DNA of 64,000 nt from the human T2T-CHM13v2.0 reference genome, Homo sapiens (GCF_009914755.1 NC_060932.1); one strand, 5' to 3'. Shown: positions 29,780 to 48,572, numbered from the stretch's first letter. Numbers and translations are program-made. The notes: a model not told the origin generated them from the sequence alone.

Positions 29780-30276
29780 TATTCTGGTGTCTCATAGCCT
29801 ACAGAAAAAGTGCACATTCTTAACATGGTCCTTCCACATTCTGATTCTAACCTGGCTATTCTTTGTGTCCTTCTGGTCATCTCCCTCTACTGTGATCTTC
29901 CTGCAGACTCCTTTGGGAAGCACAGGCATCTCATGCCCTCTGGTCGTGCTCTAATCACATTGACTTGCTTAGCCTCCGCTTAACCTGTATGTTCTAGCAC
30001 TTCCTAGTTTCCACGTGTTTTCTCACCTAATGACCTCTTTCTCTTCTTTCTACCTTCACCTGACAATAGCCTATGAAGGCTTTTATTCTCAGTTTATATA
30101 GCTCCTCTTCAATAAAACCTCCTAACCCTCCGAGTAAAATAAGCCTCTCCATTTGCCTTGTGCTTCTACAGTGCCTTTGGTAGAATCACATTCTGCCTTT
30201 GGGTCTATATACATGTCCTGCGTGTTGGACTGTGGGCTTCGTGAGAACAGTGTTTTCATCAGCGTTTACCTTACAT
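29780..30276 (+). mobile_element. L2 3' region, interrupted by the full-length L1 and resuming at 36415-36455
   Basis: GGACTGTGGGCTTCGTGAGAACAG before the L1; GTAGGCACTCGAAAATATGTATTGACATGAAT after it. Confidence 0.65.
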
Positions 30277-30510
30277 AGGCTAGTTCCTTTCTTTTTATCT
30301 TTTTTAATTATACTTTAAGTTCTAGGGTACAGGTGTACAACATGCATGTTTGTTACAAATGTATACATGTGCCATGTTGGTGTCCTGCACCCGTTAACTC
30401 ATTATTTACATTAGGTATATCTCCTAATGCTATCCCTCCTCCCTCCACCTACCTGACGACAGGCCCTGGTGTGTGATGTTCCCCACCCTGTGTCCAAATG
30501 TTCTCATTGT

Positions 30511-34328
<3,818 letters not shown>

Positions 34329-34391
34329 TATGATGTTAGCTGGTTATTTTGCTTGTTAGTTGATGTGGTTTCTTCCTAGCCTCGATGGTCT

Positions 34392-35409
34392 TTACAATTT
34401 TGCATGTTTTTGCAGTGGCTGGTACCAGTTGTTCCTTTCCATGTTTATTGCTTCCTTGAGGAGCTCTTGTAAGGCAGGCCTGATGGTGACAAAATCTCTC
34501 AGCTTTTGTTTGTCTGTAAAGGATTTTATTTCTCCTTCACTTATGAAGCTTAGTTTGGCTGGATATGAAATTCTGGGTTGAAAATTCTTTTCTTTAAGAA
34601 TGTTGAATATTGGCCCCTAATCTCTTCTGGCTTGTAGAGTTTCTGCTGAGAGATCCACCGTTAGTCTGATGGGCTTCCCTTTGTGGGTAACTCAACCTTT
34701 CTCTCTGGCTGCTCTTAACAATTTTTTCCTTCATTTCAACTTTGGTGAATCTGACAATTATGTGTCTTGGAGTTGCTCTTCTTGAATATCTTTGTGGTGT
34801 TCTCTGTATTTCCTGAATTTGAATGTTGGCCTGCCTCACTAGGTTGGGGAAGTTGTGGATAATATCCTGAAGAGTGTTTTCCAACTTGGTTCCATTCTCC
34901 CCATCACTTTCAGGCACAGCAATCAGACGTAGATTTGGTCTTTTCACATAGTCCCATATTTCTTGGAGGCTTTGTTTGTTTCTTTTTACTCTTTTTTTTT
35001 AAACTTGTCTTCTCACTTCATTTCATTCATTTGATCTTCGGTCATTGATACCCTTTCTTCCACTTGATCAAATTGGCTACTGAAGCTTGTGCATGCATCG
35101 TGTAGTTCTGATGCCATGGTTTTCAGCTCCATCAGGTCATTTAAGGACTTCTCTACACTGTTTATTCTAGTTAGCTATTCGTCTAATCTTTTTTCAAGGT
35201 TTTTAGCTTCTTTTCGATGGGTTCGAATATCCTCCTTTTTCTCGGAGAAGTTTGTTATTACCAATTGTCTGAAGCCTTCTTCTCTCAACTTATCAGTCAT
35301 TCTCCGTCCAGCTTTGTTCCGTTGCTGGCGAGGAGCTGCGTTCCTTTGGAGGAGAAGAGGCGCTCTGATTTTTAGAATTCTCAGCTTTTCTGCTATGGTT
35401 TCTCTCTGT
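34392..35409 (-). pseudogene. L1 ORF1, disrupted, start codon apparently mutated
   Basis: KRPNLRLI...RATPRHIIVRF fragment with frameshifts; consensus CCCAT reads TCTGT near 35405. Confidence 0.88.
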
Positions 35410-35984
35410 CTTTGCTGTTTTATCTACCTTTGGTCTTTGATGATGGTGACATACAGATGGGGTTTTGGAGTGGATGCCCTTTCTGTTTGTTAGTTTTCCT
35501 TCTAACAGTCAGGACCGTCAGCTGCAGGTCTGTTGGAGTTTGCTGGAGGTCCATTCCAGACCCTGTTTGCCTGGGTATCACCAGCGGAGGCTGCAGAACA
35601 GCAAATATTGCAGAATGGCAAATGTTGCTGTCTGATCCTTCTTCTGGATGCTTCATCTCAGAGTGACACCCAGCTGTATGAGGTGTCAGTCAGCCCGTAT
35701 TGGGAGGTGTCTCCCAGTTAGGCTACTCGGGGGTCAGGGACCCATTTCAGGAGGCAGTCTGTCTGTTCTCAGATCTCAAACTCCGTGCTTGGAGAAGCAC
35801 TACTCTCTTCAAAGCTGTCAGACAGGGAAGTTTAAGTCTGCAGAAGTTTCTGCTGCCTTTTGTTCAGCTATGCCCTGCCCCCAGAGGTGGAGTCTACAGA
35901 GGCAGGCAGGCCTCCTTGAGCTGCAGTGGGCTCCACCCAGTTCGAGCTTCCAGGCTACTTTGTTTACTTACTCAAGCCTCAGCA

Positions 35985-36167
35985 ATGGCAGACACCCCTC
36001 CCCCAGCCTCACTGCAGCCTTGCAGTTCCATCTCAGACTGCTGTGCTAGTAGTGAGCGAGGCTCTGTGAGGGTGGGACCCTTCGAGTCAGGCACGGGATG
36101 CAATCTCCTGGCATGCCGTTTGCTAAGGCCATTGGAAAAGAGCAGTATTAGGGTGGGAGTGTTCTGA
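35985..36167 (+). pseudogene. L1 antisense ORF0 homologue, 60 aa, prematurely terminated
   Basis: GCAATGG start, MADTPPPASLQPCSSISDCCAS...SIRVGVF*, matching primate ORF0 (MAGAPPPASLPPCSLISDCCAS...). Confidence 0.8.
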
Positions 36168-36610
36168 TTTTCCAGGTACCGTCTGTCACGGCTTCTCTTT
36201 GGTAGGAAGGAATTCTCTGACCCCTTGTGCTTCCTGGGTGAAGCGTTGCTCTGCCCTTCTCCATGGGCTGCACCCACTGTCTGACAAGCCCCAGTGAGAT
36301 GAACCCAGTACCTCAGTTGGAAATGCAGAAATCACCCGTCTTCTGCATCGCTTACGCTGGGAGCTGCAGACTGGAGCTGTTCCTATTCAGCCATCTTCAG
36401 CCTAGTTCCTTTCTGAGAGTAGGCACTCGAAAATATGTATTGACATGAATTGATTTGAAAAACTTTGATGGAGAGTATCTTTCCCTCATATTCAGTATTT
36501 TTTATTTGACTACACAAAAAGGATTATAATAAATAAAATTATAAACATTGAACACCCTGCTCCATAGAGATTTGCTAACAGATGTGTTCTTTTTACTCTT
36601 AAATACTCCT

Positions 36611-36897
36611 ATTTTTTGAGACAGAGCCTTACTCTATCACCCAGATAGGTGTGCAGTGACAAGATCATGGTTCACTTTCAGACTCAACCTCCCAATTTCA
36701 GCTATTTTCCCACCTTAGCCTGGGGACCACAAGCACGTGTCACCATGCCGGTAAATTTTTGTATTTTAATTTTTTTGGTAGAGATGGGGTCTCCCTATGT
36801 TTCCCAGGCTGGTCTCCAACTGGTGGGCTCTAGCTATTCTCCCACCTCAGCCTCCCAAAGTACTGGGAATATAAGTGTGAGTCACTGCACCTGGCCT
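36611..36897 (-). mobile_element. Diverged AluJ
   Basis: TTTTTTGAGACAGAG...GTAGAGATGGGGTCTC...CACCTGGCC. Confidence 0.9.
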
Positions 36898-37236
36898 CCT
36901 GTCGAAATTGAGTCAAAGTAATTACCTACATAGTTCAAATTCTAGAGAGGACTCAACACTTCTATCCTTTCCAGAAACATACAAACACACATCTCTCAGG
37001 TCCTTTTGATATTCTGGGGCATGTTCCAGTGTTTGTGTCATGTTGTTGGGGTAACCTTTTACATGGATACTTGGATCATTTTTTCTTCTGTAAATCTATG
37101 TGGCACCTGTCCCTGAGACTTTGGAGGGTATAACAAATCAAGGAGTACTTTGAAAGGAGGCACAACCTTAAATAGAATAGTTTCTTTCTTTGGATTTGTT
37201 TTGGTGTACCTCATCTCATTACCAATGTGTCAGCCA

Positions 37237-37846
37237 TTGCATACCAAATCAACATGTGGATATAAGGGAATGTGCCCTTGTCTGAGACAAGCAGATTATA
37301 GTAGACCTCTGGTTCATAGGAGGTTGTGGCAGTATAAGTGTTAGATTAGTTTCTGACTCTAATTTTTGTAAGGTTTCAGCTCTAGTGTCCAGCAAAAATG
37401 CCTCAGTGAAGCTGACAGGTGTGTCAGGCAAACATCCTAATGATATCAGACTCAGCGTGATTTCATGCAACAACTTGGAGTTTGGGTTACTCTGACCTCA
37501 CATCATGGTTTGAATCCTGATTCACTGAGCAGCAGTGTGAACTAGAGCAAAATAACAATTGTTGAGCTTCAGTTTTGTAGTCTATAAAAATGGAAATAAA
37601 TATTAATGTATTTTTGAGGCTTATTTATATATATGTAGTATAGCGGTTTCTATTTCACAGCTTTTTTGGGGGAATTCTCCAATTCTTGCATATAAAATAA
37701 GATCACTTTATCTAACAAAAAGAGAAAATCCTGTTTGTTGGATTCTATTAGCTCCCCTCTTCGGGTAGAAAATCTGCTAAACATAAAATAAAATTTCTCA
37801 TAAGTGTTTTTTAATGTTCATTTAATGTCAACATTTAATTAATTAA
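37237..37846 (+). repeat. Local duplication copy 2
   Basis: Direct repeat of 29147-29760, offset ~8.09 kb. Confidence 0.95.
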
Positions 37847-37849
37847 TTA

Positions 37850-37978
37850 TATTTGTTTGTTTGTGTATTCAAGAATGTTTATTGAGAAGCTACTTTAGAC
37901 CAGCAAATTCTATGTGCTGGGGATATAGCAATGAACAAGACAGACAAATCTGTGCCTTCATAAAATTACATTTCTAAT
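37850..37978 (-). mobile_element. L2 3' end
   Basis: TTTATTGAG...TGCTGGGGATATAGCAATGAACAAGACAGACAAA. Confidence 0.8.
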
Positions 37979-39132
37979 AACCTCACACCTTAGTGTAAAT
38001 GTTCTGCTTTAGCCAAGACCAACTTGCACATCAGCAAATAAAGCTAGTCCATATTTTTGTTTGACCTGTAAGACTGTATTGAGTTATTTCAAAAATCACT
38101 GCTGGCTTTGACTACAGCAAATGCCCCCTTAGTATTTGCTGTGATCTGTGTAATTCCACGTGGACCTAAAACTCTTTTTGTGTTTGGAGAAAAGAAGAGT
38201 TGTTAAGGAGACACAAGGATACAACAGGACTCCTTCATAGGGAAATTAAAGAAGTGGATCCTGGAATGTTTGCTGCTATTTCCTGCTGGGATATAGTTAA
38301 AGGTGAGGGAGAGTGAAAAGTAGGAGGAGGCTGAATAACTTTCTGAGGCAGTCATGAGAACCAGACTGCTGGAAAAAGCTTGACTAACTAAATTGAATGT
38401 GTTAGTGTAGACTCTCTGTAATCATTTCATCATGACCTACCACTAATTTGTGTGGGAGTTGAATGTGATAGGAACCTAAGATGCTATGCCAATAAACAGT
38501 TATAAGAAATTCTGTGTGCCTTATGTTTGAAAATCTTTGAACACACCATCTCCTATTCAAGGCTGGTTGTAGCATATTAACTGTAACTTTTTTTTAAAAA
38601 AAGAGATTTTACAGTTATTGTAATTAACATCTTCAACAGGGCAAGAAAAGACAGGATGTATTTCAAGTGATTGAAACCTTAAATTTTCACAGTTTAGTGT
38701 GAGAGACACTATGTTAGACTTGTAAATTTAGCAGATCTGTATTGAGAGGAAAAAAATAAATATGCTTCTTTGGTGTCCATCTACATGGCAACAGCTCCAG
38801 GATTCCTATCTCTAGCCCAGACTTTCTGCTGTGTTGCAGATCCATGCAGCCAGTTTCTTCTTCATTGGCCTCCCTAATGTAAGAATTCCAATATGTAGCC
38901 CTTGGTCTCCTCCTCCCTCTCATGCTTCTCAGTGGCTTTGCCTATTTTTCTACTTCTGGTGCTTGTCTCCACCCATTTGCTCATTATAGAGACCCAAGAC
39001 CCTCACATTCTTTCTCATTGTTCTTTCCTGAGCCATGACCAAGTCGTTCAGGTTCTATCTCCAAATAGCTCTGCAATGCATTTGCTTTTCTCTGCCACCA
39101 TGTTTTGCTAGATCACTGCAATCACCTGCTAA

Positions 39133-40391
<1,259 letters not shown>

Positions 40392-40431
40392 AAGGATCTT
40401 TCAAAGAATACCTCTGATCTGATTCTGGCAT

Positions 40432-40539
40432 GCCCCAGTATCAAACCTACCAACTACTTCCCACCATAATTAAGACGGTAGGCCCCAGTATCAACCCTAC
40501 CAACTACTTCCCACCACAGTTAAGATGGTAAGCCCCAGT
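40432..40539 (+). repeat. 50-bp tandem duplication (2 units + 8 bp)
   Basis: Units 40432-40481 and 40482-40531 match at 45/50. Confidence 0.92.
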
Positions 40540-43039
40540 CCACAGCAGAGACTCTTCTGATCTCCACTTCCCTCCCTGGCATGAGCTCCCTTTGTCCACT
40601 GCACTGCACTGCAGCCACACTGGCCTTTTTTTCTGTGCTCCTAAGTCCCATGTTCTTTCTATCAGGAGCTTTCCCAAGTGCTACTCCTCCTCGGTAAGCC
40701 ATGTGTGTATCACCTTTCTTGTCTTCTCTTCGGGATCAGTGTAAGGTAAGGGCACTTTTTAAAAAGAATCTTTCCAACCTAAATCTGTTCCTCCAGCTGT
40801 AGATCTTGTTTTTGTTTTTGTGGCATTTATCATAACCAGTAGCTAGCTATTAACATATATATTAATAAATGTATACCATAATACATATATTAATAATTAT
40901 ATTAAGTATGAATCAATAATATTAATATATTAATATATTAATAGCCATACATTAATGATATATAATTATGAGTGTGCTTTATGTCTTCCCCAATACAATG
41001 CAAGATCCCTATCACTTGACAGTTTCCTATCACAATACAGCAGGTACTTCACAAATATTTGCTGCATGAATAAATGAATAAATGAAAAGTATAGAGATGA
41101 GAAGATAATGTTTTCCCTGTATGTCTAAGACATAGCTTTTTCATGTTAAATAAGCCCATGCTTCTCATGAAGCTAACCAACTTAAAGTTAGTACAATGGT
41201 GTGTACTTGTAAACAGAAAAAAAAATTTGTTGTTCTATCATTTTTTGCACTTTTATAAAAATTTATTTAAAATTATGGCTAAACACTGTGCAAAGAAGAG
41301 AAAAACCTCCTCTCCCCCACACCAATTTATTATCCTCCCTGTTTCAGTGGAGCAGTGGATTTGATGTGATAGGTGCTCAGATGAAAGCACTGTCATGGGT
41401 CTGTTTCACAGTAATGGAAGCCACAGTGGCTTGGTTGAGTGGCCCATGTCAGAAATTTGGCCTTGATGATGGGATTGGAAATGCTTATTCCCTGTTCACA
41501 CAGGTTGGACTCCCAGGGCGACCAAGAGGTCTATAATTTTGCTATAGTGAGTGCTCCTCAGATTGAGAACTCAGGATTGAAAGCACAATGGTTAACTCAA
41601 ATGAATTTTATTTTATCATTACCTTTTTTTCATATGAAGTCAAGATTTATATTCAAACTAGTTTTAGAGAAATACACATTTGATTGTAAATTTAGGACTT
41701 GATGTTGACTCAAAAAAAAAGGAACACCTCTCTGTGTATTACCCCAAATTTTTCTGCTTCCTATTTTTATGGCAATGTTCATATATAGTCTACTAAAATA
41801 GGTATTTATTTTAGTTATGCTTAGAAACAAGAGACAGTTTTAACAATATGTGAACACGGAAAGGCTTTATTTTTATTGCTTTTGTCACCTTTTCTTAGAG
41901 AAAAAGAACACAGTATTTTGTTACCAGTTTCCTGGCATAGTTTTAGTTTAAAAATTGTCTTTTAAAAATTGATATGCTGCTTTAAATTGTAGTGTGGATC
42001 AGTACATTTTAAATAAGAAATTTGGAGAGTAGTAGTGTTGTATTTAAAATCATGATCAGAACAAGAATCATTTCTGTTTCATTGGTAAAACTTGAATGGC
42101 TAAAGGATTTTCACGTCCTATAGTAGCTGTAACAGATCGATACTGTTAACTGGATGCAACATTTGTATCCTTAGCTGCATACAGGTTTGTATGCATGGTG
42201 GTGGTGGTTGGTGTGCATGTGAGTCAGTGGGGGTGGGGGAACCCTTCTAAGAGGTGGCCACGGGATAACAATGAAAAAATATGTTCACAATCATCTGAAA
42301 CCTAATCATATTTTTTAATTCAACGTAGGAAAGAACCTCTTTGGAACAGATGTATAAACAATATTAAATTAAACGAGAACAAACAAATGAGATTATAATC
42401 CTGCTGTTATTTCACTTAACTTTATCTGGGTAACATAGTTAAATAAAGGTAGATCTAGATCATAATGAGTTTATCTACTCAAAGGGAAAAACAGAGACTT
42501 CTGTGAAAAGTTTAATTTCTAAATATAAAAAGTAAAAATCACAGTCAATTTTAACCTTTTATTATCACCTTTAAAATATATTTTTCTAGCAATTAAAAAG
42601 TAAATCAAAGTCTATGAGATAAAAATATTCCAGAAAGGATAAGTAAAAAGAGCTTTAAAAGTATCTTATTTGGCCAAAATAATTCCTTATTATAATTGTT
42701 AGAATTTATCTTACATTTTTGCATTTGATGTCAAGTGAAAAAATGGAAAAACACAATTTTCATATAAATTATTGAAAAGGTTTGGAGAAGTCACAGTCAG
42801 CTGCAGCAAACATTTTCTTTTGTGGAGCAGTGAGTGTGTGATGGTGTTGGGAGCACACTGAGTGTTTTAGCTCCATTGAGTTATTTACATGTTCTTAAAT
42901 GTGTGCCTTTCTTTTCTCCTTAGCCAGACTTCGAATCTCCTTTAATGTAGAAATCATTACGAAGTACAAATTAGAGTGAAAAACACAGTGCAGTATAAGA
43001 AAACAAAATATACATTATAATAGTAGTAAACTTGGCAGA

Positions 43040-43805
43040 AATTGTATAGAACTATGAACAGAAGACTATCAAATCTTCTAAAGAATAAAGACTTTAGTAC
43101 ATGAAGAGACTGGGCATTGCTCTATTTTGGATATATTAAATGTAGTAAAAGTATGAAATTTTTGCAGTCGAATTCATAAGTTTAATAAAATTAAATCAAA
43201 TTCAAAGAGGAAATTCTATAAATTCAAAGAAATCATTCTAATATTCACTTGAAGTAAATAGTGTATTTTTAATCATAAAATTAAAATGTTATTTAAGGGA
43301 AACATCTCTATAGCTAGTGTTAAAAGAAAAACTTTAGAAAAATTAAATTGTCCGGAGTTTAATGGAGCAAAGAAGTATTTGCCAATTGGACAGCTCCCAA
43401 AACAGAATAGGTTCAGAGAGGCTCTAGCACTGCCTCATGATTGAAGATTTATGAACAGAAGAAGGAAAATTACCTATAGAAAATAGAAGTAAGATACAAA
43501 ACAACTGGACTGGTTACTTGGCATTTGTCTCATTTGAACACTGTTTGAACAGTTGGGCACCTTTGATTTGCCCAAACCCAGTGATTGGCTTAAGAGTAGA
43601 TTACAGCCCATTACATATTCAGTTAGGTTACAATTCACTATGTATGAAAAAGCCTTCTGAACTTAAAATATGTAAGGAGGCAGCTTTAGACTAAACTTAA
43701 CAGTAGCATTGATATATTAAAAAGTGAATTAATTTTCAAAACAGCATTTTGTAGGTTTGGTACACAAATAGGTTTCTGAAATAGAACCGGTTTCCCAGAA
43801 ATATT
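43040..43805 (+). mobile_element. Old L1M ORF2 fragment interrupted by an LTR
   Basis: Diverged ORF2-like AAAGACTTTAGTACATGAAGAGAC...ATTCTAATATTCAC, continuing after 43702. Confidence 0.5.
43318..43702 (-). mobile_element. MER57-like ERV1 solo LTR
   Basis: TGTTAAAAGAAAAACTTTAG...AAGGAGGCAGCTTTAGACTAAACTTAACA; TSD CTAG / GTAG. Confidence 0.85.
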
Positions 43806-44614
43806 TTCTTGTATAATTCTAAATATAATTAGTTTTTCCAATTTGAATCAGCCTTTCAAAGAAGCATATACAAAAGCAATAAATATAAATGTGGCTGTTA
43901 CCATGCTGCTAACCAAAGTTGAAAAAAGCCAGGGATGCCAATAGAAACTTAAACGTTCTATTTCATCTTGGAAAGCCTTACTCCATGCTATCTTACCACC
44001 TGTACCATTTGGAAATTCTTGGTTTTCAGCAGTGGCCACCACAGACTTTTGTAAAAGTAGCCTGAATGCCATCCTTTAATTAATCTGAGTGTTCTCACTT
44101 CCCTAATTATTCTACAAGGCTTCCAAGATGAATAAAAACATGTTCATCTAGAACTGCCTCCTTACATGTTCAGAATTCTCAAATGAAGCTATTCATGGAG
44201 TCATGACTTGGCAGTGTTTTCTATTTCAGGTTCGGCAAATGGGTAAACCAGGGCATTGATGTGGGTTACCTACTCATTAGGAAGAAAGCACTTCTGTATA
44301 CTTGCTCATTAATCTCTTCTACTTCCCTAAACCACATGAAGAAAAGACATTCTTTCTTCTTACCTCAGCTGGGTTCTGCACTTCTTTTGCAGTCCTTTTC
44401 ATCAAAGAGAGCTCTACAGGTCAATATTTCAAAGACTAGACATCGTTTCTAGCTCCTATAGAGAAAAATAGTTAAAGTTTGTTACACAGAGGCTCTTTTC
44501 CCCTTAGCTCCTTTTTGAAAGATGTATCAATAACAAAGACAGTATAAACATTAATTTAAAATATCATTTTAGCTAAGCTTATACTTTGTTATAGTCACAG
44601 ACTATCCCAAGTAA

Positions 44615-44730
44615 GTGACCATGAGGGATGTCAATATACTTGTTGGATTCTTGATAGTGAATTCTGGCTTTTCTTGTAGTGCCAGGACATAAAAGGTGCT
44701 CAATGGGTATTCACTGCATATAGATAAAAT
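44615..44730 (+). mobile_element. L2 3' end fragment
   Basis: AGTGCCAGGACATAAAAGGTGCTCAAT. Confidence 0.55.
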
Positions 44731-46484
44731 CCTATCCCCTACATTGTTTCAGAGGTGAAAAAGCTGTCAACTGATCTCCAGAGAAAATGTTACAGTTTAT
44801 TTTCTTCTTAGTAAACAAAAGCATAAGGGAAAAATAGAATGATAGGGCTTGATCTGATCATAACAAAGTATTATTTAGGGCATCTTTGTTAAAAGATTCA
44901 CAGTTTGTTTTCTCATGCTCCCTGGGATTTCTTTACAGTGGTAACATTATATAGAGGTTTGGGCTGTTAACTCCTCCCAGATTGTGTCACCTAGGAACAC
45001 AGTGGCCTCTTGACACATTCACATTGCAAATCACTTGAGCTGCATACCTGAGTTCTACTTCAGGGGATGAGTATATAAGGAGAAGAAAGTTTAGTTCCCT
45101 GGTCATTGTTGTGGACCCTGGGATAACGAAAAACAAGGTATAACATTCAAATCAGTAGGGACAATTGGGAAAATGTGTTCTCCAGCAGTTGATTTACTGT
45201 GTTTTTTAAAAACAGTTGTGCTCTTTGGTCACTGAATTGGTGACAATTAAAATGAAATGTGTGAAGTTGTTGAATGAGCCCTAGATAAACCTAATAGCCC
45301 TGGAATGATCCACAGTGTGAGCAAATTTCCGCATTCTAATTTCCTAAGGTTGTCACATGGCTCTTGAAAAACAGCCAGTGACTGAGGATCCAATTTCTAG
45401 TCCACTCATTTCCTATCTCATGTATTTTTAATGAGATCTTTCCTCCAAAAAGTTGTTTGCTAACAGTGAACTGCACTTCAGAGTACCCAAATGAAGTTTA
45501 TCTGAACCAGATGATGCTAATTGCAGAATAGATTGTCTTAAAATGAAGACTCCTTTTGGAATTGTAGGTTAATGTGTTGAAGGGATTCACACACATAATT
45601 TAGAAGCTATGAGATCTTATACTTGCGTTTTCAAAGAATAGCATTGACAGACAATCCACTTTATTGCTTTATCTATCAAGTTGGATATGATACATTTTAG
45701 TTAGGAATCAGCTTATTTTTTGAGAGTTTTAATTTGAAAAAAATCAGATAACTTCAAATTCCAAGTCAAATTGTTGAGACTGTATAATTTAAAAAAGTGC
45801 ATATTGAAAACATTGCCTGATGCATAAAAGAAATACAGCCTCTAAAACTCATAACCTAATGTCTTATTTTTAATACTGTAAGATTATTTATTAATGCCTA
45901 GAATAAAAATAGCCATTTAAATTGTGAAGGTTGTTACAGTACTATAAGTTTAATTTCTAAGGAAGTATTTGATAATCTTCTACATCTAATTTCGATTTTG
46001 AAAAACACGATTAGTACTGTCTTTTAAAGAAGTTGCCAGGAGCAGGGAAGTAGGAAAATGGAACAAGACTTCACCTTCTTCCTAATCAGCCACAAGATCA
46101 GGGGTAAACCTGTTTTTATATTTAAATTGAAATAAGATGGGCATAGCCATCAGCATATATACATCCTAAGGGATGGTGTAAAAATGAGTTGCTGAGAAGA
46201 TATGTGTCTGTCTAAATCCATAGAGATTTGGCCCTACCTTTAAGCAGATTGTCCATTAGGAAGAGAACTGGTGCAAGAAATTTTCAGTGCTCTCTCAGCC
46301 CCAATCTAAGCACAGAGAAATGTAGTATAGCTTGGTGCAAGTGTTTTTTGTGGAGCTCCAATTCACTTCTTTTCTTATATGGTCCACTAAGAAGCTGTTT
46401 TCTAATGCATAATTTAATCTTCTGAGCTGAGTTGCTTAGGACAAAGTAGTCATCTACATGCTTTTTTCCCCCTTTTAGTATGAT

Positions 46485-46613
46485 TTGTAATCAGCACAAA
46501 ATTATTATAGACATTTTGGGGGAATAATGTGATATTTCGATACATGAAACAATGTGTAAATGGTCAAATCAGGGTATTTAGCACATCTATCACCTCAAAC
46601 ATCATTTCTTTGT
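46485..46613 (-). mobile_element. L1MA 3' terminal fragment
   Basis: ATGTGATATTTCGATACATG...GGTCAAATCAGGGTA...ATCACCTCAAACAT. Confidence 0.75.
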
Positions 46614-46959
46614 ATGTGTATTTGTTAAAATGTAAAGATGCAAACATAATGAAGCAAGAATGGGGAATTGAAACCCAGCAGGTATGAAGTACTAGTCTCA
46701 ACCTGTTACTAACTGACCTTGTCTTCTGGGGTAATTACTTAAACACTCCTGACCTGATATTCTATGATTTATTCATTTCCCACCACTGACTGGCTTAGAA
46801 AATCTTCTGATGGAACTCAACCAGAGTGACAGCATCCTGCTGTGGTTGTGTCCTGGCATGACGTTCATAGGCCAGCAGAAGCTACTCCATACTCAAGTGG
46901 AAAATCGATTTTGGGTGGACCAAATCTTGCATTATAAAGGCTCAGTTGTACTGGAAAGT

Positions 46960-47160
46960 GTCAGAGATGTGAGGCAAAAATGTAATGAAATCTCAGTTCT
47001 AGGCCTCATTAGCTATGTCACCTTGGTCAGTCAGATACTGATGTATAAAATGAGAATAATTATCAGCTGGTTTAAAGATCAGAAGGAGGGTCTGTAAAGG
47101 AAATAGTACATTGCCTGGCACAGAATAGCTTATCTTTAAGCAATGGTTATTCTTAGTGTG
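46960..47160 (+). mobile_element. MIR fragment
   Basis: ATTAGCTATGTCACCTTGG...TATAAAATGAGAATAAT...TGCCTGGCACAGAATAG. Confidence 0.65.
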
Positions 47161-48570
47161 TGGTTACATTTATCATAGCATGTTACTCACCATTCATTAT
47201 ATAATACTTAAAGGATTTTTTTTTTGTCTTTCAACCCTCAGTAGCACATCCATTTTTATTGCTTCTTTAGTTGTTGATAGCTATTTTGAACACAGATATT
47301 TCTATGAAATACGACTTTAAAGCTCCAATGGTTACAGATCATTCAACAGAAATTGGGTTTTAAAGGGAGAAATCGAATTTGAGTTAGGGAATTCCATAAC
47401 GCATACAGATATAATTTTGACAAGGTCCTACTGCAAAAATTGCAACAACCTTAACAACTCATCTTGATGCTGAACAATATGGTCATGGTCATTAGTTAGG
47501 ATACACATGGACCAATATACTTCATTAAGTGCCTGCTGACTATTGCTTCTCATTGACAAATGCATTCCTAGAGAATCGCTATTTTTAAAACTCAAGTTTC
47601 AACTTTCTTTCTAGAAATTATGGAAGCTATCTATACTCTTTCCCTGCATGTCCTTTAAAATATCTGTCCAGGATGCTGTAAATCTCTTTGGAGGTCTAAA
47701 CACCATGGTGTCTCCAGGCCCTCCCTCTGGGCCACAAGCACTAAAGTGTGATGATGGATGGAAAAGAATGGAAGGTTGGTCTCGCTGGCCTTCTCCTTCT
47801 GGGTCCTAAGCATTTATGGTCATTGGGTATGTGTCGTTAGGACTGAGGATCTTGACTCATTCTCATTCGTCAAAATAGCAAATGAGGAGTTTGGCCTGTG
47901 AGTCCTGAGCTTACTGCTTCTGCTGTTCAATGTTCCAAGCCATTTCCCCATGTGCTAGGGGGGTCCTGTTGGCCAGCATTCAGTGGGGCACAAAAGAACA
48001 TAGTGTAGGCATGGGGATGCCTCCTGACCTACTGCTTTCAGTGTATTCCATTTTCTTGAACTATTAATGTTTCTCTAGGAATTTTTCTGTATAATAAATT
48101 ATTTTGATTGCACATCATTTTCAAGTATTAGTTGTACACCATTTGTGTTAATAGAGTTAGTTTATACCTGCCATTAATTCAATTCTGCTTGTACTTTATC
48201 TTAGTATTTACTTCCTCTTTAAGTGCAGACTTTTGTTTTCACACTTTTTTGTATTAAATTTTACTATTTGAGGAGAGAACCAAATTTTATCATTGCTTGT
48301 CAAGGAGTTCTTGAAAGGAGGACTCTCTTGCTTTTTACTGTACATGGTGGGGGAAGGGGAGGTGGGCAGTAATTAGATATCTCCCAAGAATTAAGAAATA
48401 ATGACAATAAAACATTTCAGAAAGATAAACTATTAAAGCAGAATGCAATAATTATAAGGAGGGCAGTGAAAATCTTAATGAGATAGATTTTCCCAGTGCG
48501 AGCCCTACCTGACTGACTGTATTCGTAAATTAAAGAAAGGATGTGTCAATGCCTAGAAGGCTTTGAAGGC

Positions 48571-48572
<2 letters not shown>

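Noticed and set aside
40432-40539. Repeat-spacer (CRISPR-like) reading of the tandem repeats
   Set aside because: Only two contiguous units, no unique spacers, and eukaryotic context
42174-42196. 8-bp inverted repeat TGCATACA/TGTATGCA
   Set aside because: Short enough to be expected by chance in 64 kb
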